The notes below the pieces were generated by a model that saw only the letters and a program-made list of their open reading frames with translations, was not told where the DNA came from and did no database searches. Source: Lachnospiraceae bacterium (GTDB lineage Bacteria; Bacillota; Clostridia; Lachnospirales; Anaerotignaceae). From it: a DNA stretch of 13,122 nucleotides. Numbering within the stretch: the stretch's first letter is position 1; each line of letters begins with the position of its first letter. This document shows, piece by piece, positions 7,954-13,122 of the stretch. The stretch is taken from assembly GCA_003543235.1 (NCBI GenBank), contig DPJA01000019.1:1-13122 (forward strand), given 5' to 3'. The position numbers and the translations under genes are program-made.

Positions 7954-9615
7954 ATGATTACAAATAATAAAGAACTTGCTGACATATTATTGCCTGATGT
8001 TAAAAATTCGCCACAATATTATGAAGAAAAGTATCCCCAGAGGAATCTGCCTCAAGATGCTATTGTTACTAGATTTGGTCCAAGTCCTACGGGATTTTTA
8101 CATATAGGAAGTTTATATGCAGCGCTAATTGAGAAAAGGGCAGCAGACCAAACTGGCGGTGTATTTTTCTTAAGAATTGAAGATACTGATAAAAAAAGGG
8201 AAGTAGAAAATGGAGTTACTCTTTTATTGGATGGCTTAAAACAATTTGGCATTGTCCCAGATGAAGGCGTAGTTGGTGAAGAAAGTGAGAAAGGCAATTA
8301 TGGTCCTTATAAGCAAAGCGAGAGAGCTGAAATTTACAAAACTTTTGTAAAGGAACTGATTGCCAGAGGATTAGCTTACCCATGTTTTTGCAGTCAAGAG
8401 GAATTGGAAAAGTCCAGAAGTATTCAAGAACAAAAAGGGATAAGACCTGGATACTATGGGAAATGGGCAAAAGATAGGAATTTATCATTTGAAGAAATAG
8501 AAAAAAATCTAAAAGAAGGCAAAACTTTTGTTATACGTATAAAAGCACCAGAGCAAAAAGGGAAAACAATAAAGTTTGTGGATTTAATCAAAGATGAAAT
8601 TGAAATGCCTGAAAATGATCTGGATGCCGTAATATTTAAATCAGACGGGCTTCCACTGTATCACTTTGCACATGCTGTAGATGATCACTTTATGCGTACA
8701 ACTCATGTAATTAGAGGAGATGAGTGGCTGCCATCAGTGCCGCTTCATATACAATTGTTTGAAATGTTTGGGTGGAAGGTACCGATATATGCGCATGTAG
8801 CTCCAATAAATAAAATTGATGGAAATTCAAAAAGAAAGATAAGTAAGAGAAAGGATCCCGAAGCGGCAGTTAGTTATTACCGCGAAAAAGGCTATCCAAG
8901 TGAGTCAGTTATAGATTATCTGTTAAACCTAGCAAACTCTAACTTTGAGGAATGGAGAATGGAGAATCCAAAAGCTCCTAATACTGAGTTTGTTATAGAT
9001 TTTGTAAAAATGGGAGTTAGCGGGCCATTATTCGATTTTGTAAAAATGAACGATATTAGTAAAAATGTAATTGGTTTTATGACTTCAGAAGAAGTATATG
9101 AAAAGTCGTTAGATTGGGCCGAAGAGTTTGATAAGGAATTGGCTGAACTGATGAAAAGAGAAAAAGAGTATACTATAGGAGCATTGAATATAGAAAGAAA
9201 TTCGGTGAAACCGCGTAAAGACATTGCAAAATGGTCGGATGTGAGACCAACTGTTGAGTTTTTCTATGATGATGTTTTTGAAGTAGATGAAAACTATGAT
9301 TTCTCTGAAAATGATACAAAAGAAAATATAAATTTAGTACTTGAAAGTTACGTAAAAGTTCTTGAACTGGGTAATGAAAAAGAACAGTGGTTTAATCATC
9401 TCAAAGACTTCGCAGAAACTGTTGGCTATGCAAGGGATGCAAAAACATACAAAAAGAATCCTGACTCATATAAGGGCCACGTTGGCGATGTAGCAATGAT
9501 TCTGCGTGTAGCATTGACGAAGAAGAGAAACACTCCAGACTTGCATGAAATGATAAATGTTATGGGCAAGGATAGAGTGCAAAAAAGGTTTGTAAGGTGT
9601 ATTGAGGGAATATAA
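7954..9615 (+). CDS. gltX: Glutamate--tRNA ligase (glutamyl-tRNA synthetase, class I), long form with C-terminal extension
   Basis: ATG at 7954 with AGGGAG SD (7941-7946). HIGH motif (PTGFLHIGSL), LRIEDTD, KSDGLPLYHFAHAVDDHFM and KMSKS motif (KISKRK). Co-linear with Thermus thermophilus GluRS through the anticodon-binding region (KISKRK...YLLNLA...GPLFDFVKM). At 553 aa it is 60-80 aa longer than typical bacterial GluRS. Confidence 0.9.
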   Translation: MITNNKELADILLPDVKNSPQYYEEKYPQRNLPQDAIVTRFGPSPTGFLHIGSLYAALIEKRAADQTGGVFFLRIEDTDKKREVENGVTLLLDGLKQFGIVPDEGVVGEESEKGNYGPYKQSERAEIYKTFVKELIARGLAYPCFCSQEELEKSRSIQEQKGIRPGYYGKWAKDRNLSFEEIEKNLKEGKTFVIRIKAPEQKGKTIKFVDLIKDEIEMPENDLDAVIFKSDGLPLYHFAHAVDDHFMRTTHVIRGDEWLPSVPLHIQLFEMFGWKVPIYAHVAPINKIDGNSKRKISKRKDPEAAVSYYREKGYPSESVIDYLLNLANSNFEEWRMENPKAPNTEFVIDFVKMGVSGPLFDFVKMNDISKNVIGFMTSEEVYEKSLDWAEEFDKELAELMKREKEYTIGALNIERNSVKPRKDIAKWSDVRPTVEFFYDDVFEVDENYDFSENDTKENINLVLESYVKVLELGNEKEQWFNHLKDFAETVGYARDAKTYKKNPDSYKGHVGDVAMILRVALTKKRNTPDLHEMINVMGKDRVQKRFVRCIEGI

Positions 9616-9626
9616 TACGCTTGCGT

Positions 9627-9655
9627 AGGGGCGATCCGGTGGGTCGCCCTTTTTA
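9627..9655 (+). terminator. Rho-independent terminator of gltX
   Basis: GC-rich hairpin GGGCGA (9629-9634) / TCGCCC (9644-9649), with CC/GG extension around a GGT loop, immediately followed by TTTTT (9650-9654). It starts 12 nt after the gltX stop. Confidence 0.8.
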
Positions 9656-9720
9656 TGTGTGTTGAGTTTTGTAGCGGTTGTACAATTACCAAGTTTTACA
9701 TAGGCAATTGTGAAAAATTG

Positions 9721-9729
9721 TGTTATTAT
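9721..9729 (+). promoter_or_regulatory. Candidate extended -10 promoter (TGtTATTAT) for the orphan gene
   Basis: TG at 9721-9722 and TATTAT at 9724-9729, about 30 nt upstream of ATG 9759. No well-spaced -35 is present; the nearest TTTACA (9695-9700) is 23 nt away. Confidence 0.3.
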
Positions 9730-9758
9730 ATGTAAAAATGAATTTTGGGAGGGTGTAT

Positions 9759-10622
9759 ATGACTGATGTAAGGAACAAAGGGATTGTAAAACCTGCTGAT
9801 CACACTGAACTTACTGAACTAATTGAGTCAAGTTTAAATGCGGGTGAAAAGTCTTTGCAAGGTGAAAAAATGACCCAATCTCGGGGAAAACAAACAACTA
9901 AGGGACTTTGGCTTCCAGAGAATTATATAAAAATTAAGAGTGGAAGGATAATTGAACTCAATAAAATTATTGGAGTTGATCTTTTTGATGGACTTGTACT
10001 TAAATCCAATGCCTTAGCAGACAGTATTATAAAATGTGAAGATGAAAGACATCATATAGAAACTCGAAAAATTGGCGAAAAAGAGTTGGATTTGATTTAT
10101 GAGTTTGGCAGATTGAACCGTATTCGTATAGATGGATATAATATTAAGTTAGGGAGTAGAGAAGTTGAAGAAATTGAGTGGAAAGAGCGTGGAACTGATA
10201 AAAAGTTAAACTTCAAATGGGAAAAAGGGGCAAATGGTAATCTTGAAGTATATTTAGTTCATGAAAGCCATAGGAGGGGGCGAGATACATATAATAGAAT
10301 TTCAGTTCCTGTAGACGGGTTAGAAGTACGTATTGCGGTAGTAGATTCATCAGTGCTGACTAAGGAATTCCATGTAGGTAAAGCAAAGATTATACACAGG
10401 GGAATAAATGGGAAACTAGATCCTGATGATGGAACTCCATGTGATGAGTTTAAGATGGTTTTACATCATCGATTAGGGGAAGATGGCGTAAAAGCTTGGG
10501 AGGAAATACATTCATACTTAAGATGCGCTCTAGATAGGGCTGGATGGGCAACTTCTAATGCTATGAATAAAGAAAGGTATACGAAGCTTTTCATAGATGA
10601 ACAAAACTATAAATTAAGGTAA
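9759..10622 (+). CDS. Hypothetical protein, 287 aa, soluble, no family recognised
   Basis: Start assigned to ATG 9759 because of GGGAGGG SD (9747-9753, 5-nt spacing). The upstream ATGs at 9738 and 9720 in the track lack an SD. Hydrophilic, with no TM segments or obvious catalytic motifs. A monocistronic unit lying between the terminators at 9627-9655 and 10631-10672. Confidence 0.7.
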   Translation: MTDVRNKGIVKPADHTELTELIESSLNAGEKSLQGEKMTQSRGKQTTKGLWLPENYIKIKSGRIIELNKIIGVDLFDGLVLKSNALADSIIKCEDERHHIETRKIGEKELDLIYEFGRLNRIRIDGYNIKLGSREVEEIEWKERGTDKKLNFKWEKGANGNLEVYLVHESHRRGRDTYNRISVPVDGLEVRIAVVDSSVLTKEFHVGKAKIIHRGINGKLDPDDGTPCDEFKMVLHHRLGEDGVKAWEEIHSYLRCALDRAGWATSNAMNKERYTKLFIDEQNYKLR

Positions 10623-10630
10623 AATAAATT

Positions 10631-10672
10631 ACCAAAGAAAAAATGTCAATCACCGACATTTTTTTCTTTGGT
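10631..10672 (+). terminator. A-tract/T-tract hairpin (candidate bidirectional intrinsic terminator) after the orphan gene
   Basis: 17-nt arm ACCAAAGAAAAAATGTC (10631-10647) pairs with GACATTTTTTTCTTTGGT (10655-10672), with a one-T bulge, around the loop AATCACC. It starts 9 nt after stop 10620-10622. The A-run in the 5' arm and the T-run in the 3' arm allow termination in either orientation. Confidence 0.5.
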
Positions 10673-10724
10673 AAAATCTCCGTAATGTTCCAGAATAAAA
10701 ACTTACAATATTCTCATAAATTTG

Positions 10725-10754
10725 TTGACCGAACATGGTATAAAGTATTACAAT
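10725..10754 (+). promoter_or_regulatory. Candidate promoter of nfeD-floT: TTGACC-N18-TACAAT (alternatively extended -10 TGgTATAAA at 10736-10744)
   Basis: TTGACC at 10725-10730 and TACAAT at 10749-10754, 18 nt upstream of the ATG at 10772. Confidence 0.4.
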
Positions 10755-10771
10755 TAATAAGAGGTGACAAA

Positions 10772-11323
10772 ATGTTTTCATTATATGTCGGGTGTTTAGC
10801 ATTTGGACTGTTTTATTCATTAATATCAATGTTTTTGGGCGATCATCATGGGTTTGATCATAGTTCAACTGACCATGGTGGTGAAGTTGGTACTGACGGA
10901 ATTGAACATATTTCTCCGTTTAAACCTATTGTTATAGGGTCGTTTATTACAGTATTCGGAGGAATGGGGGTAATTGGGCACTATATTTTTAATATTGCTG
11001 CATTATTTTTGTTCGTTATTGCATTAGTTTCCGGACTTGTGGTTGCGACAATCATTTTTTATGTTGTGGTTGTTACGATGTACAAAAACCAAGGAAACAG
11101 CATCATTTCTGTGCAAGACCTCAAGAGAACAATAGGGGATGTTATTACTCCGATTCCTGCTAATGGAGTAGGAGAAATTTCCTATACAACGGCTGACTCA
11201 ATTTATAAGTCAACTGCAAGGTCTTTAGATGGTGAAGAAATCGCAAAAGGTGAAAAGGTCATTATTGTCGACTATAATGATAATATAGCGACAGTTGTAA
11301 AAAAACCAGAGATAAATTTATAA
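10772..11323 (+). CDS. NfeD-like membrane protein (YuaF/YqiJ family, flotillin-associated)
   Basis: Start assigned to ATG 10772 (GAGGTG SD 10761-10766, 5-nt spacing). The track's 10643 start lies inside the terminator hairpin and has no SD. N-terminal hydrophobic helices (LYVGCLAFGLFYSLISMFL; IAALFLFVIALVSGLVVATIIFYVVVV) plus a C-terminal OB-fold-like soluble domain (GEKVIIVDYNDNIATVVKKPE), as in B. subtilis YuaF. Sits immediately upstream of floT, as yuaF does. Confidence 0.75.
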   Translation: MFSLYVGCLAFGLFYSLISMFLGDHHGFDHSSTDHGGEVGTDGIEHISPFKPIVIGSFITVFGGMGVIGHYIFNIAALFLFVIALVSGLVVATIIFYVVVVTMYKNQGNSIISVQDLKRTIGDVITPIPANGVGEISYTTADSIYKSTARSLDGEEIAKGEKVIIVDYNDNIATVVKKPEINL

Positions 11324-11356
11324 GGGGGTATTTAAGTGTTTGATTCAGGAGGAATA

Positions 11357-12829
11357 ATGGTTCCGATATTAGCGGCTTTGATAATGGTTTTTGTAATGGT
11401 CATTTTAATTAAGGTATTCGCTTCAAGGTATGTGAAAGTTGGACCTGATGAGGCTTTGATAGTCTCAGGTCGAAAAAGAAAGTTGACATCAGGCCAGTAT
11501 GTAGGTTTTAGAATAGTAAAAGGTGGAGCAACCTTTGTATGGCCAGTGCTTGAAGTTGCAAAGATAATGTCACTTAGAATTATGCCAGTTGATGTATGCT
11601 CAAGCGCATACACATCACAAGGCGTACAGGTTATGGTGGAAGGCGTTGCTCAGGTAAAAATTGATTCAAAGGAAGAGTCAATCGCAACTGCTGCAGAACA
11701 GTTTTTGAGTCTTACATCAGATGAAATTAAAAGAATTGCAACACAAACTCTAGAAGGTCATCTTCGTTCAATTGTTGGTAATTTGACAGTTGAGGAAATT
11801 AACCAAAATAGAGATCGATTTGCACAAAAGGTTCAAGAGCTTGCAGCTACCGATCTTGTGAACATGGGATTAGTAATTATTTCGTTTACAATAAAAGAAA
11901 TATCAGATAATAACGGCTATCTTGAGAGTCTTGGAAAAGCTCAAATTGCGAGGGTTCAAAGGGATGCAATTATTGGACAGGCAGAAGCACAAAGAGACTC
12001 TGATATTAAATCTGCTGAGGCTTCACAAGCAGGTCAAACTTCAAAATATTTAGCTGAAACCAAGATTGCTGAAGCAAACAAAGATAAAGAAATAAAAATT
12101 GCAGAATATCAAGCTTTGATGAATGCAAAAAAAGCTGATGCAGATTTATCTTACGATAAACAAAAATTCATTCTAGAGCAGGAAGTTCAAAAAGAGGCTA
12201 TGCAGGTTGAGATAGTGAAAAAGCAAAAAGAGATTGAACTTCAAGAGCAGGAAGTATTGAGAAGAGAAAAAGAACTTGAAGCTACAATAAGAAAACCGGC
12301 TGAAGCCGATAGATTTAAGACAGAAATTGATGCAGAAGCTGGTAAGATTAGAAAACAAAAAGAAGCGGAAGGCCAAGCGATAGCAATTAAAGCCGAAGGA
12401 CTTGCAAGAGCAGAAGCAATAAAAGCTGCCGGTCTTGCAGAGGCAGATGTAATTAAGGCCAAAGGTGAGGCTGAAGCGGAAGCAATGCTCAAAAAAGCCG
12501 AAGCATACAAGCAGTTCAATGATGCGGCGATGGCTCAAATGATTATAGAAAGACTCCCAGCCATCGCATCTGCAATAGCACAACCGCTAGCTAAGACAGA
12601 AAAGATTATTATGATAGGAGATAGTGGTGCATCCAAACTGACAAAGGACATCACAGGTGTATTGGCACAGCTGCCGGAGACTGTGAAGGGATTGACAGGA
12701 ATAGATTTGGTAGAATTGATGCAGAATTATGCGAAGGCAGCAGTTCCAGCTATAGCTGCGAAAGTGGCGCAACCAGTACATGCAGCAGCAACGGTAGCGA
12801 AGGAAGTTGCTGTGGCGAAAGAAGTTTAA
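11357..12829 (+). CDS. floT: Flotillin-like protein FloT (SPFH/band-7 domain plus EA-rich coiled-coil)
   Basis: ATG at 11357 with AGGAGG (11347-11352). The N-terminal TM segment aligns with the start of B. subtilis FloT. The SPFH domain and flotillin signature stretches (GPDEALIV; AAEQFL...LEGHLRSI...TVEEI; GLVIISFTIKEISDNNGYLESLGKAQIA) are near-identical in pattern to B. subtilis YuaG/FloT. The long EA/KA-rich coiled-coil tail matches too. An alternative GTG start at 11336 (GGGGG SD) is less likely. Confidence 0.9.
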   Translation: MVPILAALIMVFVMVILIKVFASRYVKVGPDEALIVSGRKRKLTSGQYVGFRIVKGGATFVWPVLEVAKIMSLRIMPVDVCSSAYTSQGVQVMVEGVAQVKIDSKEESIATAAEQFLSLTSDEIKRIATQTLEGHLRSIVGNLTVEEINQNRDRFAQKVQELAATDLVNMGLVIISFTIKEISDNNGYLESLGKAQIARVQRDAIIGQAEAQRDSDIKSAEASQAGQTSKYLAETKIAEANKDKEIKIAEYQALMNAKKADADLSYDKQKFILEQEVQKEAMQVEIVKKQKEIELQEQEVLRREKELEATIRKPAEADRFKTEIDAEAGKIRKQKEAEGQAIAIKAEGLARAEAIKAAGLAEADVIKAKGEAEAEAMLKKAEAYKQFNDAAMAQMIIERLPAIASAIAQPLAKTEKIIMIGDSGASKLTKDITGVLAQLPETVKGLTGIDLVELMQNYAKAAVPAIAAKVAQPVHAAATVAKEVAVAKEV

Positions 12830-12832
12830 TGG

Positions 12833-12893
12833 TTAACGGTGTACCGGTTCTTGTGTTAACTTTTTAACGCAAGAACCGGTACACCGTTTTTAA
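12833..12893 (+). terminator. Strong rho-independent terminator of floT
   Basis: Perfect 19-bp inverted repeat AACGGTGTACCGGTTCTTG (12835-12853) / CAAGAACCGGTACACCGTT (12870-12888) with a 16-nt loop that can itself form a GTTAA/TTAAC mini-stem. It is followed by TTTTT (12887-12891) and begins 4 nt after the floT stop. Confidence 0.85.
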
Positions 12894-12937
12894 AGCAGTT
12901 ATTGTGATATTATACATAAAAAACAGGAGAACAAAAA

Positions 12938-13120
12938 ATGGTTGATGGGTTAAATAAGAACTTAAAACAAATACTTGATGCTCGAGACGATACAAAACAA
13001 GCTCTAGTGCCTATTGCAATTGGTCAAAATCTTGTAGTTAAGAATGGAAATGTGTTGACAAAAGTAGAGCTTGATGACTTATTGAGTGTATCGAGGATTA
13101 GAAAAAAAAGTGTGAGTAAT
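12938..13120 (+). CDS. Hypothetical protein, N-terminal 61 codons only (runs off the window)
   Basis: ATG at 12938 with AGGAG SD (12925-12929, 8-nt spacing). The frame is open to the window end (MVDGLNKNLKQILDARDDTKQALVPIAIGQNLVVKNG...). It is absent from the ORF track only because no stop falls inside the window. No family recognised. Confidence 0.45.
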   Translation, partial: MVDGLNKNLKQILDARDDTKQALVPIAIGQNLVVKNGNVLTKVELDDLLSVSRIRKKSVSN

Positions 13121-13122
13121 AG

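Noticed and set aside
9720-9758. Alternative upstream starts (9720 and ATG 9738) for the orphan protein
   Set aside because: Neither has an SD. ATG 9759 has GGGAGGG at optimal spacing. The candidate -10 element (9721-9729) would sit inside the longer ORF.
10643-10771. 43-codon N-terminal extension of the NfeD-like protein from ATG 10643
   Set aside because: The ATG lies inside the 5' arm of the terminator hairpin and has no SD. The extension is non-hydrophobic, unlike NfeD N-termini. A strong SD precedes ATG 10772.
11336-11356. GTG 11336 as the floT start (track coordinate)
   Set aside because: ATG 11357 has an AGGAGG SD, and the protein from 11357 aligns with the N-terminal TM segment of B. 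subtilis FloT. The GTG start remains possible, given the GGGGG at 11324-11328, but is less likely.
72-11613. Remaining minus-strand track ORFs (72-284, 632-856, 1662-1859, 1676-1996, 2855-3163, 3681-3959, 5891-6208, 7452-7670, 8052-8297, 8216-8488, 8916-9224, 9426-9692, 10650-10868, 11332-11613) and 12587-12781
   Set aside because: Each lies wholly antisense within a well-supported + strand gene. 9426-9692 also covers the gltX terminator. None has an SD or recognisable motifs. They are typical shadow ORFs of an AT-rich genome.
12173-12583. Two minus-strand ORFs (136 aa and 92 aa) inside floT
   Set aside because: Antisense to the EA/KA-rich coiled-coil region. The repetitive GCN/GAA codons give stop-free antisense frames (an A/S/L- or F/C/L-rich artefact).

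Overview
This is a low-GC (roughly 35% GC by eye) Firmicutes/Clostridia-type chromosomal segment with every credible gene on the + strand. The layout, in order: (1) a conserved housekeeping block: the 3' end of dxr, then rseP, ispG and polC, tightly packed and operon-like; (2) a short apparent accessory insert between polC and gltX, made of an 82-aa WYL-like small beta-barrel protein and a type II toxin-antitoxin pair (AbrB/MazE-fold antitoxin plus RelE/ParE-fold toxin) with its own strong sigma-A-type promoter, ending 19 bp before gltX; (3) gltX (553 aa, Thermus-type GluRS) with an intrinsic terminator; (4) an orphan 288-aa protein of unknown family bracketed by two hairpin terminators; (5) an nfeD-floT (NfeD-like membrane protein plus flotillin/SPFH) operon ending in a 19-bp perfect-stem terminator; (6) the 5' end of an unknown ORF running off the window. 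I recognised no rRNA, tRNA, CRISPR array, IS element or integrase. The most unusual non-coding feature is a GC-rich, repeat-containing, strongly self-complementary element in the dxr-rseP spacer. All calls rest on reading the translated ORFs and the nucleotide sequence by eye; no database search was possible.
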